DNA from: Sedimentisphaerales bacterium
Lineage (GTDB): Bacteria; Planctomycetota; Phycisphaerae; Sedimentisphaerales; Anaerobacaceae
Assembly: GCA_963708075.1 (NCBI GenBank)
Contig: OY970194.1
Span: forward strand, 2,688,001-2,752,000
Direction of reading: 5' to 3'
DNA: 64,000 bases
The position numbers and the translations under genes were made by a program. Positions within the stretch are counted from its first letter, which is position 1, and every line of letters begins with the position of its first letter. The notes beneath the pieces were generated by a model. The model did not search any database. It saw nothing but the letters and a program-made list of their open reading frames with translations, and was not told the DNA's origin. Below are positions 42,379-52,928 of the stretch, piece after piece.

Positions 42379-44972
42379 GTGACGCCATGGCGTTGACGAC
42401 CGGGCTGCCGGGCCTGGACCAGGCATTGAAGGGCATCCTGCCGGGCGACAATATCGTTTGGCAGGTCGATGCCATCGAGGACTATATGGCGGTCGTGGCG
42501 CCGTACTGCCGGGCCGGCCTGCAGTCCGGGCGAAAGGTCATCTACTTCCGCTTCGCCAGCCATGCACCGGTGGTGCCTCACGACTGCATGGTCGAGGTTC
42601 ACGAGCTGAATCCCGCCGAGGGCTTCGAGTCATTCATCGCGACGATCCATGCGGTGATCGAGAGCGCCGGCCGCGGCGCATGGTACATATTCGATTGCAT
42701 GTCCGAGCTCGCCGCCGACTGGTACTCCGATCCCATGCTCGGCAATTTCTTCCTGCTGACCTGCCCATATCTCTACGACCTGGAGACCGTTGCCTACTTT
42801 GCGATCTTTCGCAATTATCACGGCTCCCGCGCGATCCGCCCGATCTCCGAGACGACGCAGTTGTTTCTGGAGCTCTACCACCACGCCGGAACCCTCTACG
42901 TTCATCCACTCAAGGTGCAGTTCCGCTACTCTTCCACGATGAACATGCTGCACGCCTGGGACGGTGACGAATTCCAGCCCGTCACTTCCAGTGCGCTGAT
43001 CTCGTCCATTCTCACGTCCGTGAACTGGTCCGACCTGGACCCCGATGCACGGCCGGGCTACTGGGAACGGACCTTTCGCGAGGCCCAGCAGGTGCTCGAC
43101 GCCGTCAAGGAGGGCGTCTGTCCACCCGACAAGGAGCGAGAGACCTTCGAGCATTTAAGCCGAATGGCCATCTCTCGCGATCCGGGGATGCTCAAGCTCG
43201 TGTCCCGCTATCTCACTCTCGACGACGTATTGAACGTCTGGCGACGAATGATCGGCTCCGGGCTTGTCGGAGGCAAAACGGTCGGCATGCTCGTCGCCCG
43301 CAGCATCCTCAAACGGCACTCGCCCCGCTTCGCGGACCTTCTCGAAGAGCACGACTCGTTCTATGTCGGCTCCGATGTATTCTACACTTATCTGGTTCGC
43401 AACGGCGTCTGGTGGTTGCGGCAGAAGCAGCGAAGTCCGCAAACGTTTCTCGAAGGAGCCGTCCAGGCCCGCCAGAGAATCCTCATGGGCCAGTTCCCCG
43501 ACTATATCCTCAAGCAGTTCGAGCAGATGCTGGATTACTTCGGCCAGTCGCCGATCATCGTACGCTCCAGCTCGCTTCTGGAGGACAACTACGGCAATTC
43601 CTTTGCGGGCAAGTACGAGAGCGTATTCTGTCCCAACCAGGGTCCACGGGAGCGACGGCTGGAGGATTTCCTGTCGGCGGTGCGGACGATCTATGCAAGC
43701 ACGATGAGCGAGAAGGCGCTTCGCTATCGCGAGCAGCGAGAACTCCTGAACCACGATGAGCAGATGGCGCTTCTGGTCATGCGGGTCTCCGGCGCGACGC
43801 ACGGACGGTACTATTTTCCGCAGGCTGCCGGCGTGGGGTTCTCGTTCAATCCGTACGTCTGGAGTGAGACCATCGATCCGAAAGCAGGTGTGCTGCGGCT
43901 GGTGTTCGGCCTGGGCACCCGGGCCGTGGACCGCTCGGACGACGACTATACCCGGCTCGTCGCCCTCAACGCACCGCAGAGGCGGCCGGAGGCGAACTTC
44001 GAGCAGGTCTGCCAGTACGCCCAGAGACGAGTGGATTACCTGGACCTGCAAGCCAACCGCCTAATGTCCGGCCATTTCCTCGACGTCGTCAAGGATTGCG
44101 CCGATGTGCCGGTCGAAATGTTCGCCTCGACGGACGAATCCTCAGATGCGATGGTCGGCAGCACGAGCAAGATATGGGTGCCTACCTTCGACGGCCTGCT
44201 CTCCACGACGGAATTTGTCAAGGACATGCGGGAGATCCTCCGGGCTCTGCAGGAGGCCTACGAGTACCCTGTCGATGTGGAGTTTACCCTTAATTTCGTG
44301 GGCGACAACACCTACAGGATTCACGTCGTCCAATGCCGGCCGCTTTCGGTCAAAGGCATCGAGACGCCGCGGCCTTCCGTGAGGGAGGTCGCGAAGGACG
44401 ATACGATCATCGAGGCCAGCGGCGCCGTGATCGGGCACAGCCGCCACATTCGTGTCAACCGGTTCATTTACATCGTCCCCTCCGCCTACAGCCGCCTCCC
44501 ACTCCAGGACCGCCACGAGATCGCCCGGCTGATCGGGCAGATCAATCATGCCGCCGAGCCATTCGTGCCCGGGTGCATCATGCTCCTGGGCCCGGGCCGA
44601 TGGGGCTCAAACGACCCGTTCCTCGGCATCCCCGTTGCCTTTGCAGACATCAGCCGGACCTCTGTCCTCTGCGAGATCGTCGCTATGCACGAACACCTGG
44701 TCCCGGATGTCTCCTTAGGCACGCATTTTCTCAATGAGCTGGTGGAGATGGACATGCTGTACCTCGCCTTGTTTCCGCAGCGGGGCAACAACTACCTGCG
44801 AACGGAGTGGTTTGAGAACTCGCCGAACCGGCTGGTTCAACTGGTGCCCAAGGCGGGCAAATGGGCGGACGTGGTGAAAGTCATCGAGCCATCCAGCATC
44901 GCCGGCGAGGGAAGCACCTTTCTGGTTGCCGATGCCTTCGAACAGAAGGTGCTCTGCTACTTTGAGCGGTAA
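42375..44972 (+). CDS. PEP/pyruvate-binding (PPDK N-terminal) domain protein with a degenerate RecA/KaiC-like N-terminus
   Basis: TGLPGLD N-terminus; GGKTVG, VRSSSLLED...FAGKYES, GLGTRAVDR, VDVEF, QCRPL, GPGRWGS; ATGA overlap with the U32 gene. Confidence 0.85.
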   Translation: MSDAMALTTGLPGLDQALKGILPGDNIVWQVDAIEDYMAVVAPYCRAGLQSGRKVIYFRFASHAPVVPHDCMVEVHELNPAEGFESFIATIHAVIESAGRGAWYIFDCMSELAADWYSDPMLGNFFLLTCPYLYDLETVAYFAIFRNYHGSRAIRPISETTQLFLELYHHAGTLYVHPLKVQFRYSSTMNMLHAWDGDEFQPVTSSALISSILTSVNWSDLDPDARPGYWERTFREAQQVLDAVKEGVCPPDKERETFEHLSRMAISRDPGMLKLVSRYLTLDDVLNVWRRMIGSGLVGGKTVGMLVARSILKRHSPRFADLLEEHDSFYVGSDVFYTYLVRNGVWWLRQKQRSPQTFLEGAVQARQRILMGQFPDYILKQFEQMLDYFGQSPIIVRSSSLLEDNYGNSFAGKYESVFCPNQGPRERRLEDFLSAVRTIYASTMSEKALRYREQRELLNHDEQMALLVMRVSGATHGRYYFPQAAGVGFSFNPYVWSETIDPKAGVLRLVFGLGTRAVDRSDDDYTRLVALNAPQRRPEANFEQVCQYAQRRVDYLDLQANRLMSGHFLDVVKDCADVPVEMFASTDESSDAMVGSTSKIWVPTFDGLLSTTEFVKDMREILRALQEAYEYPVDVEFTLNFVGDNTYRIHVVQCRPLSVKGIETPRPSVREVAKDDTIIEASGAVIGHSRHIRVNRFIYIVPSAYSRLPLQDRHEIARLIGQINHAAEPFVPGCIMLLGPGRWGSNDPFLGIPVAFADISRTSVLCEIVAMHEHLVPDVSLGTHFLNELVEMDMLYLALFPQRGNNYLRTEWFENSPNRLVQLVPKAGKWADVVKVIEPSSIAGEGSTFLVADAFEQKVLCYFER

Positions 44973-45041
44973 GCCTGTCGCCGCCGGACCATGCGGGTGC
45001 GCACGGCGTAATTGCACCGGCGGCGGACACTACTTCAGGAG

Positions 45042-45371
45042 TCAACCTTCGATTTTGGAGATGGTTACGCGGAGGTACTTCTGGCGGTGGCCAATCCTTC
45101 GCTGGCTGTCCTTCCTGCGGCGGAAATGCGTGACGTACAGCTTCTTGCCCTTGATCAGGCCCTTCTCGGCCGTAGTCGCGAACTTGGCCACCACTTTGGC
45201 GCCTTCGATGTACGGCTTGCCGATCCGGACTTTCTCGCCGTCGCCAATGAACAGCACCTTGTTCAGCTCGATTTCCGTGGCCTCCGGCTGCACATCGGTC
45301 AGTTCGATATCCAGGCGGTCGCCTTCGGTCACTTTGTATTGTTTCCCACCTTGCTCAATTACGGCGTACAT
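45042..45371 (-). CDS. rplU: 50S ribosomal protein L21
   Basis: MYAVIEQGGKQYKV...IG.PY..GAKV...GHRQ. Confidence 0.96.
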   Translation of the reverse strand: MYAVIEQGGKQYKVTEGDRLDIELTDVQPEATEIELNKVLFIGDGEKVRIGKPYIEGAKVVAKFATTAEKGLIKGKKLYVTHFRRRKDSQRRIGHRQKYLRVTISKIEG

Positions 45372-45520
45372 CCCAAGCTCCAAATATAGAAGGTTCATTC
45401 TGGAAGAAACCAGTATGTTACGGACGCCGCAGGTTTTTGTAAAGACTTTTCCGGCAGAATTTTGTACCTTATGGCAACTGTGCCCTGAATTCGTATGGAT
45501 GCTTTTTCGGGAGTGCCCGC

Positions 45521-46354
45521 ATGAAACTGGCGATGGTCAATGACAGATTTGTGCCCATCGAGAACCTGGATCCCAGCTACTATGACCGCGGCCTGTATTT
45601 TGGCGACGGCGTTTATGAGGTCCTGAGAAGCTATAATGGCAAGCTTTTCGCCCTGGACGAGCACATGGAGCGGTTCGCCGCAAGCATGGCCGCCATCCGC
45701 ATTATTGGCGTGGATATCCACGACGTCCGTGACCGGGTGGAGCAAGCTTTCAAGGCCACCGGCCTGCCCAACGTCAAGATCTACTTCCATGTAACCCGGG
45801 GGTCCGCACCGAGGAATCACCTCTGGGATCCCCATCTCAAGCCGAATTTCCTCCTGATCGTGAGCGAGGTCAAGGACCATCCCGAGGAGAAAGCCCGGGG
45901 CATCGCCGTCTGCACGCACCCGGACCTGCGATGGAAACGATGCGATATCAAGAGCCTCAACCTCCTGCCCAACGTTCTGGCCCGCCAGGACGCTTTTGAG
46001 AAAGGCTGTGACGAGGCGATTCTGGTCAATGAGGCCGGATTCATCACCGAAGGCACAAGCTCGGCCTTCTTCGCCATCGTCAGAGGAGCCCTGCAGACCG
46101 CCCCGCTGTCCGCCAATATCCTGCCGTCGATCACGCGCAAATTCGTGGTCAAGGCGGCGACGAATGTCGGGATGCCGATTGAAGAATGCTGCCTTACGCC
46201 CAAGCAGGCCGCCGCCGCCGATGAGTTGTTCCTTGCCGTAACGACCAAAGACATCGTCCCGGTCGTCAAATTCGACGATGTGGTTATCGGCAAGGGCGCC
46301 CCCGGTCCCCTGACCAAGGCCCTCACGGCCGAGTTCCTGAAGTTCACACGCTGA
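45521..46354 (+). CDS. Class IV aminotransferase (D-amino acid transaminase-like)
   Basis: DRGLYFGDGVYE, RW.RCDIKSLNLL, ITEG, ILPSITR. Confidence 0.9.
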   Translation: MKLAMVNDRFVPIENLDPSYYDRGLYFGDGVYEVLRSYNGKLFALDEHMERFAASMAAIRIIGVDIHDVRDRVEQAFKATGLPNVKIYFHVTRGSAPRNHLWDPHLKPNFLLIVSEVKDHPEEKARGIAVCTHPDLRWKRCDIKSLNLLPNVLARQDAFEKGCDEAILVNEAGFITEGTSSAFFAIVRGALQTAPLSANILPSITRKFVVKAATNVGMPIEECCLTPKQAAAADELFLAVTTKDIVPVVKFDDVVIGKGAPGPLTKALTAEFLKFTR

Positions 46355-46500
46355 CCAGAAGCAGCCTATGCCCCGGGTGGCACCGCCAAACTCGTTTGAC
46401 GGTGCTCACAAAGTCGGAGTTGGCAGCCCAAGACCCCACGGGCAAACGAGTTTGCCTGTGCCACCCAGATCGTGCCTCTCAACCCGAGCAGGTATCCGCA

Positions 46501-47703
46501 TCAGAGGGCGCCGCGGAAGAACAGGACCAGCGCGAGCACGCAGACGAGCATGATCGCGCCCGGCACCATCCACACCTTGCGCCACTGGAACTGACCACCC
46601 ATACGGAACCTGTCCATCACAACGCCGGCAAGCTGCGTGCCCAGGAACAGGCCAAGGCCGCTCTGGGCGGTAAAGATCAGCGCCTGCATGGACCCGCCGG
46701 TCCCTTCCGGAGCTACCGAGCCGGCGAACATCTGTCCGGCAATGATGAAGAAGACATACGCCAGGCCATGAAATGCCTGCGAAACTACAATGACGGCCGG
46801 CGGTCGTGGGATGATGTACAGCACGTACAGCACCAGCCATGAAGCAGCACCTATCGCCAGTGTCCACTTGTAGCCGAGCTCGCTCACAAACAAGCCGAGC
46901 AGCAGCAATGTGGCGGCGGCCTGCGTAGCCTGGGCAAGCGCCATGGCGGCCGGCACGTTCTTGGACGCAATCCCGTTGTCCTGCATGAACTGAGCCGTGC
47001 CCAGAAAATAGAACTGCATCATGCCCGCGGCCGCCATCGAGATCAGGAAGAACACAAGGAAACTCGGCGTCCGCAGCATGCCCATGGCTTCGGCAATCGG
47101 TGCCCCGCCAGTATTCGCCGGCGGCGTACTGGGCAGGAACATGACGCAGACTACTCCCGTGACAATGGACAAGACGGCTGCCAAGACAAGGCAGTCCCTG
47201 CCCTGCTCGCCCGTCTTGAAGATCCAGCGCCAGCCCGTCAGAAAGTACCCGGCCAGAGCCCAGGCAATCGGCGCCCACATGAAAATGTAAGCTGACTTGG
47301 CCGTATCGACATTATTCTGGGCCAAATGGTAGAACATCAGGGAGTTCACCAGCGGCAGCGTGGCCGCGTAGCAGAGCGAGTACAGGAAGATCACTGTAAA
47401 CAGCGACTTGAAGTCCTTCCTCGATGCGGCAATGAACATTAAGAGGAAGCCTACCAGATGAGCCCCAGCGAGGATCCACTCCGTATTGACGTACTTATCG
47501 GCCAGTTGGCCGGCCATGAGAGGCATGAAGATGCACGCCAGGGGCAGTGCGGCGTAGATCCAGCCCGTCTGCTTGCCGCTGAACTTCAGCGGCCCCAGAA
47601 GCCTCGCGGCCAATACCGGATACCAGGCTCCCCAGACGGCAAACTCCAGGAACATCAACGCGCTGAGTTTCAGGTATAGAGTCGAGTCCATTCCGAAAGT
47701 CAT
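46501..47703 (-). CDS. MFS transporter (nucleoside:H+ symporter-like)
   Basis: LMFLEFAVWGAW, GQLADKY, multiple TM helices. Confidence 0.88.
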   Translation of the reverse strand: MTFGMDSTLYLKLSALMFLEFAVWGAWYPVLAARLLGPLKFSGKQTGWIYAALPLACIFMPLMAGQLADKYVNTEWILAGAHLVGFLLMFIAASRKDFKSLFTVIFLYSLCYAATLPLVNSLMFYHLAQNNVDTAKSAYIFMWAPIAWALAGYFLTGWRWIFKTGEQGRDCLVLAAVLSIVTGVVCVMFLPSTPPANTGGAPIAEAMGMLRTPSFLVFFLISMAAAGMMQFYFLGTAQFMQDNGIASKNVPAAMALAQATQAAATLLLLGLFVSELGYKWTLAIGAASWLVLYVLYIIPRPPAVIVVSQAFHGLAYVFFIIAGQMFAGSVAPEGTGGSMQALIFTAQSGLGLFLGTQLAGVVMDRFRMGGQFQWRKVWMVPGAIMLVCVLALVLFFRGAL

Positions 47704-47733
47704 GTGTCTCTCCTTAATTGCTCAGGGGATGTT

Positions 47734-48551
47734 CTATTTGCACGCCGCGGTAAGCCGCTGGATCGCTATTTTGATGTCGCCGACGCGATTGTCGCCGGCC
47801 TCCCGCTCGATGGCCATGGCGCCTTCGAATTCGACTTCCTGGAGCACGCCCAGGAATTGCGCGACGCCGACTTGGCCGTCGCCCCACGGGACCTCGCTGC
47901 CCCAGGTGCCCGGCTGCTTCGTCCGCACGGCGTCTTTCACGTGCAGATGCCGAATCCACGGTGACAACACCCGCACCGCCTCGATCGGGTCGCCCTTATC
48001 GTAGAGAATCATGTTGGCCGGGTCGAAATTGACCCCGACGGAATCGTGGTCCAGCTCCTCCAGGAAGCCCCGCAGCTCGGGGGCGGTTCCTGGCCCGTCT
48101 CCAGCAACAGCGTGATGCCGTTATCCTCCGCGATATCCGCCAGATCGCGAATCCGGGCGTACATTTTCTTCGCATACGCCTTGTTCTTCTCATCGATGAA
48201 TCCGGCGTGCATGGACAGGTACTTCACGCCCAGATCCGCCGTCACCTCCGCGGCGCCGATGAACAGGTCGTGATTTCGCTCCCACGTGGCGTCCGGGACC
48301 ACCCCGCCGGTGACCTTGATGCTCTCCAGCGTCGAGTAATCCTCCTGCGGAAAATCGATCATCGTGCTCGTGATCGTCCATCGCTGGGCGCGGATCGTAT
48401 CGAGCTGCTTGCCGCTGCTGTCCTCCACCGCCCCGCGAATCCCCAGATGCACGTGCTGCAGGTTGAGGTCCTTCATCGTCTTGGCCACGCCCGGCACGTC
48501 CGTTCGAAGCGACCAACTGCACACGCCCACAGGCCAACCCTTGCATTTCAT
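47734..48551 (-). CDS. Sugar phosphate isomerase/epimerase (xylose isomerase-like TIM barrel); frameshift at ~48088
   Basis: HAGF, LETGQE; after the shift NFDPANMILY, HLHVKD, WGDG.V, AIERE. Confidence 0.85.
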
Positions 48552-48658
48552 TATCTATCTCCCATCCCTTGGAAGTTTGAAGTGTGAAGGTTGATGTTTG
48601 AAGTAAGAAATCGTTCTCCCAAATCAACAATCAACGATCACACTTCGGACTTCAACCT

Positions 48659-49678
48659 TTACCGGATCATGACTCTCTGCTTGTTGTTTATGGACTTCTT
48701 CTCGGCCTCGACGATTCTCACGGAATTGCGAGACTGCTCCAGGGTGATGATCGGCTTGACGACCTCGCCCCGCAAAACCTTGACAAAGTACTCGATCTCT
48801 TGCAGGTATCCGTCGCCGTCGGAGACCGGCGGAGTAAACTCCTCGCCCTCGGCGGGACAGATGCGCAGCATCGGCTTCCGTGTCAGGTCGTACACGATGG
48901 TCGCCTTTTCGAGCACAAGATTGAAGCTCATCTCGAACCCGAACGCGGTGGTCATTCCCCAGCCGCCCTCGGCCAGTATGAGCTTATCCTCGCCATATTC
49001 GTACTCGGTGAGCATGTGGATCAACTGCCCGGCCGGCCCCTTGGCACCGTGACTGCACACCGACTTGGGCATGCCGAAGAGGTACTGCACGTAGTCTGTG
49101 TCGTGGATGTGCAGGTCGAGCGCGACGCCGCCGCTGCGTTTCTCATCGATGAACCAGTTATCGGCGCTCCAGCCCGGAGGGGCCCCGAGCCGCTGAAACA
49201 TCGCAGCCACGACCTTGCCGTATTCGCCGCTGTCCACGATCTCCTTTGCCTTGGCATACTCCGGCCAAAACCTCACGCAATGTCCGATCTGGAGCACCTT
49301 TCCGCTGCGCCGGGCGGCCGCGATCATCCGGTCGCAATCCGCGACGGTCAGCGCCATGGGCTTCTCACACAGGACGTTCACCCCTCGTGACAGCGCCTTC
49401 TCCGAGCAGTCCGCGTGCAGGTACGTCGGCAGCGTCAGCGAGATCGCGTCGAGCCTGGCCTTGTCGAGCATCTGTTCGAGGTCACGATACACCTCGATCC
49501 CCGTAAAATCGATCTCGCTGTCGGCGCCCTTGATGTTCCCCACCGCCCGTTTCGTGTCTTCCTTGATGTTCGGATTCGCGTCGCAGATCGCCACGACCTG
49601 AGCATCCTTGATGGCCTTCCAGATGCGGTAGTGCATCCGCCCCATGAACCCGAAGCCCACTATTCCTATCTTCAGCAT
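48659..49678 (-). CDS. Gfo/Idh/MocA family oxidoreductase
   Basis: GFGFMG, LPTYLH, CEKPMA, DLHIHD. Confidence 0.92.
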   Translation of the reverse strand: MLKIGIVGFGFMGRMHYRIWKAIKDAQVVAICDANPNIKEDTKRAVGNIKGADSEIDFTGIEVYRDLEQMLDKARLDAISLTLPTYLHADCSEKALSRGVNVLCEKPMALTVADCDRMIAAARRSGKVLQIGHCVRFWPEYAKAKEIVDSGEYGKVVAAMFQRLGAPPGWSADNWFIDEKRSGGVALDLHIHDTDYVQYLFGMPKSVCSHGAKGPAGQLIHMLTEYEYGEDKLILAEGGWGMTTAFGFEMSFNLVLEKATIVYDLTRKPMLRICPAEGEEFTPPVSDGDGYLQEIEYFVKVLRGEVVKPIITLEQSRNSVRIVEAEKKSINNKQRVMIR

Positions 49679-49780
49679 ATCGATGGACCTCCCTAGTTCA
49701 ATTTGTGATTTACGATCTATCATTTACCATTTACAATCAGAAATCGCAAATCAGAAATCGTAAATCCAAAGGGATCAGGT

Positions 49781-50803
49781 ATGACACCGAAAGAACGCAT
49801 CTATGCGACCCTCCGGGGTAAACGCTACGACCGCCCGGCTGTCACGCCCATATTTATGTCCTGGGCAGCCCATTTTATCGGGCGTACGTATCGAGACTAT
49901 TACCTCGATGGCGACGTGCTCGTCGAAGCACAACTCGCGGTCGCGAAGGCTTTCAACTTGGATCAGGTCAGTGCGATCAGCGATCCCTGGCGGGAGGCAT
50001 CGGCCTATGGTATGGAGTTCGATTATCCGGAGAACGGCGTCGGCAGGCCGAGAAGAGTCCTGATCCAGGGACCGCAGGACATCAGCCGCATCAGGCCCTT
50101 CGAGATCGAAAACGCGGATCGCCCCAGGCAGCGCGTGGAGAGCGTCCGAAAGATGGCCAAGGCGGTCGGCAAGACCCACAGCGTGCTCGGCTGGGCCGAG
50201 GGACCTCTGGCCGTGTACGCCGACCTGCGCGGCGTCGAGAGCATGTTCCTGGACCTGATCGACACGCCCGACATGTACCTTGGAGCCGCCGAAATCATCA
50301 TCGAGAACCAGATTCGCTTCGCAAAGGCACAGATCGCCGCCGGTGCAGACATGATCGGCGTCGGTGATTCCGTCGCCAGCCTGATCAATCCAACGATGTA
50401 CCAGGATTATGTCTTGCCTTTTGAGAAGAGGCTCTTCGACGCGATTCACGAGGCCGGCGGCGCCGTGAAGCTGCACGTGTGCGGGGACATCAACCGCAGC
50501 ATCCACCTCATGGCCCGGACCGGCTGTGACATCATCGACATCGACTGGATGGTCCCCGTGGACGAATCGAGACGGCTGGTAGGTCCAAGCGTCACGCTTG
50601 CGGGAAATTTCGATCCCTCGGCGGTCCTGCTGCAGGGCAGCTCGCAGGATGTAGCCGATGCCGCCCGGCGATGCCTGGAAATGGGTGGTCGGAGATTCAT
50701 TCTGCAGCCGGGCTGCGAAGTCCCGCCCGGCACGCCGGAGCAGAACCTCCGAGCCTTCTGCCCGTGCCAAGGATGCCTCATCCCTGAAGTTTTTGGACTG
50801 TGA
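49781..50803 (+). CDS. Uroporphyrinogen decarboxylase family protein (MtaA/CmuA-like methyltransferase)
   Basis: EGPL, AGAD.I..GD, LHVCG (HxC), GNFDP, ILQPGCEVP..TP. Confidence 0.85.
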   Translation: MTPKERIYATLRGKRYDRPAVTPIFMSWAAHFIGRTYRDYYLDGDVLVEAQLAVAKAFNLDQVSAISDPWREASAYGMEFDYPENGVGRPRRVLIQGPQDISRIRPFEIENADRPRQRVESVRKMAKAVGKTHSVLGWAEGPLAVYADLRGVESMFLDLIDTPDMYLGAAEIIIENQIRFAKAQIAAGADMIGVGDSVASLINPTMYQDYVLPFEKRLFDAIHEAGGAVKLHVCGDINRSIHLMARTGCDIIDIDWMVPVDESRRLVGPSVTLAGNFDPSAVLLQGSSQDVADAARRCLEMGGRRFILQPGCEVPPGTPEQNLRAFCPCQGCLIPEVFGL

Positions 50804-50811
50804 CCGGCATA

Positions 50812-52854
50812 TCAGTTCCGGCGGGCCTTCGGCTGCTCGGTGTGCATGAGTTTGTGGGCCCGAATGAATTCGCCGATGCTCCAGGCTTGGGCGGGACATC
50901 CTCGCGGCTTGTGGGGCGGGTCTCCGTCGAAGATCTCGGAGATGCTGCCGAGGCAGGCATCCTGGGTCAGGTGCCGGGTCAGAGGCTCGAGCATTTGGGT
51001 GGCTTCCCGCCTGCTGTCGGGACTGAAGTCACGGACTCTCAAGTAGGCCTCGACGAACGGGCCGATAAGCCAGGCCCAGACGGTCCCCTGGTGATAGGCC
51101 TCGTCTCTCTGGTACGCCGATCCCGCACAACAGCCCTTGTAGCGTGCGTCCTGCCTGTTCAGCGTGCGAAGCCCGTACGGGGTAAGCAACTCCCGCTCCA
51201 CGGCAGTCACCACGGCTCGTTGTTGCTGTCGGGTCAGAGGCGGGCCGTAGGGTAGTGACACGACGAAGATCTGGTTCGGGCGAAGGCTTGCATCGACAGA
51301 GCCTTCCGACATCACGGCATCATTCAAGTGCCCCCGCTGCTCGTTCCAGAACACCCGGGCAAAGCTGTCGCCGACTTTCGCTGTCATCTGCGCGTAACGG
51401 CTCGCATCCGGCAGGTGTTTTTGGCGGCAGAATTGGCTCATGCGGCACAGCGCATTGTGCCACAATGCGTTGACCTCCACCGCTTTGCCATAGCGAGGGG
51501 TGAACGTGACATCGCCGCACTTGGCGTCCATCCAGGTCAGTTGCGTGTTGGAGTCGCCGGCCAGGATCAACCCGTCGGTGTCCGCATGGATGCCGAATCG
51601 CGTGCCGTTGTGATACGAATCGATGATCCAGCGAATCACAGGCAACAGCTCCCGCGAGAACACAGGAAGGTCCCCTGTCGCCTCCAGGTACTCAAAGGCG
51701 CTGTGAATGAACCACAGGGATGCGTCCACGCTGTTGAAGTGTGCCGTATGACTGCGGTCGTCAAAGCGGTTCGGGATCATGCCCTGATCGGCGGCCGCAG
51801 CGAAAGTAGTCAGCACGGACTTAGCCTCCTCGTGCCGGCCGGTGGCCAGCAGCAGCCCCGGCAAGGCGATGAAGGCATCACGACCCCAATCGGCGAACCA
51901 GGGATACCCGGCGACAATCGAGATCCGCTCGCCGGCCCCATCCCCGCGTGTGATAATGAATTGATCCGCCGCAAGCGACAGGACACGGTCGATCCGGCTC
52001 CGGGCCTTGGCCGTGCGAATCAGGTCGCCCTGATGCTCGACCAACTCGCTCCCGACCAGACCGGCATCTATGGACGGTTCCCTGCCGGGTCGCAAATGCT
52101 CGCCAAAACGGGCCCGAAAGACGATGTGGCTCGTCGATGCGACCTGCCCCCGGAAGATACCCGGCGCCCACAGGTCCTCGGTACAGGCAAGTCCCCTCGT
52201 CCTGTTGTCGCGATAGCTGAAATTGTACCACCACTGCGCGTCCGGCTCGAATCGCATCGCCGGACAATCGAGGAGCAGTTCGCCCGCAGTCGGCGCATCG
52301 TAGCGTACCAACAAGCCTGAGCTGGAATCGTCACAAGTCAGCCGGGCATCGGATTTCTGAAGCATGTGGAAGTCTCGCAGGCCGACGAATGGACGTAGCA
52401 GGAATTCCACAGGCTCGCGAATGTTGCGGAAGGTGTATTCCACGACGACCGTGTCGCTCTCGCGGGCGAGGCGGACTGTCTTGAGGACCTCGATGGGATT
52501 GAGGTCGTACAGGAAGTGCACGGCGTCGTCGCGCCAGAATTCGCGCAGGAAGGCATAGCCGGCGGGAATCAGCTTATCGCCGAACTCGAACGTCGACAGT
52601 TGGAACACCTGGCTGCCGCAGACTACCGTTTCGAGGCAGTTCGAGAGCGCCATGGTCCTGTTGATCGGCGGCATAAGCGACCCGATCAGCAGGCCGTGAT
52701 ACCCGCTCGTGTTGCATCCCACAACGGTCGACGCGGCGTAGCTGCCTCGTTGGTTGGTCAGAAGCCATTCCCTGCTCAGCAACTCCTCAGGAGCCCTGCC
52801 CGGGACGGATATATGCACGATTTCTTCACTATTTGCTTTCTGTGTGATCAGCAT
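50812..52854 (-). CDS. Glycogen debranching enzyme (amylo-alpha-1,6-glucosidase)
   Basis: EWLLTN..GSYA, AGYPWF.DWGRD, NSVDASLW, LTWMDA, RPNQ, YHQGTVW.W, QAWS. Confidence 0.92.
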   Translation of the reverse strand: MLITQKANSEEIVHISVPGRAPEELLSREWLLTNQRGSYAASTVVGCNTSGYHGLLIGSLMPPINRTMALSNCLETVVCGSQVFQLSTFEFGDKLIPAGYAFLREFWRDDAVHFLYDLNPIEVLKTVRLARESDTVVVEYTFRNIREPVEFLLRPFVGLRDFHMLQKSDARLTCDDSSSGLLVRYDAPTAGELLLDCPAMRFEPDAQWWYNFSYRDNRTRGLACTEDLWAPGIFRGQVASTSHIVFRARFGEHLRPGREPSIDAGLVGSELVEHQGDLIRTAKARSRIDRVLSLAADQFIITRGDGAGERISIVAGYPWFADWGRDAFIALPGLLLATGRHEEAKSVLTTFAAAADQGMIPNRFDDRSHTAHFNSVDASLWFIHSAFEYLEATGDLPVFSRELLPVIRWIIDSYHNGTRFGIHADTDGLILAGDSNTQLTWMDAKCGDVTFTPRYGKAVEVNALWHNALCRMSQFCRQKHLPDASRYAQMTAKVGDSFARVFWNEQRGHLNDAVMSEGSVDASLRPNQIFVVSLPYGPPLTRQQQRAVVTAVERELLTPYGLRTLNRQDARYKGCCAGSAYQRDEAYHQGTVWAWLIGPFVEAYLRVRDFSPDSRREATQMLEPLTRHLTQDACLGSISEIFDGDPPHKPRGCPAQAWSIGEFIRAHKLMHTEQPKARRN

Positions 52855-52928
52855 GAAATACTTCCTCGGCCGTTACACGAATATCTGCAATGTATGGCCT
52901 CGCTACCCCCATGTGACATCAACGCCCG

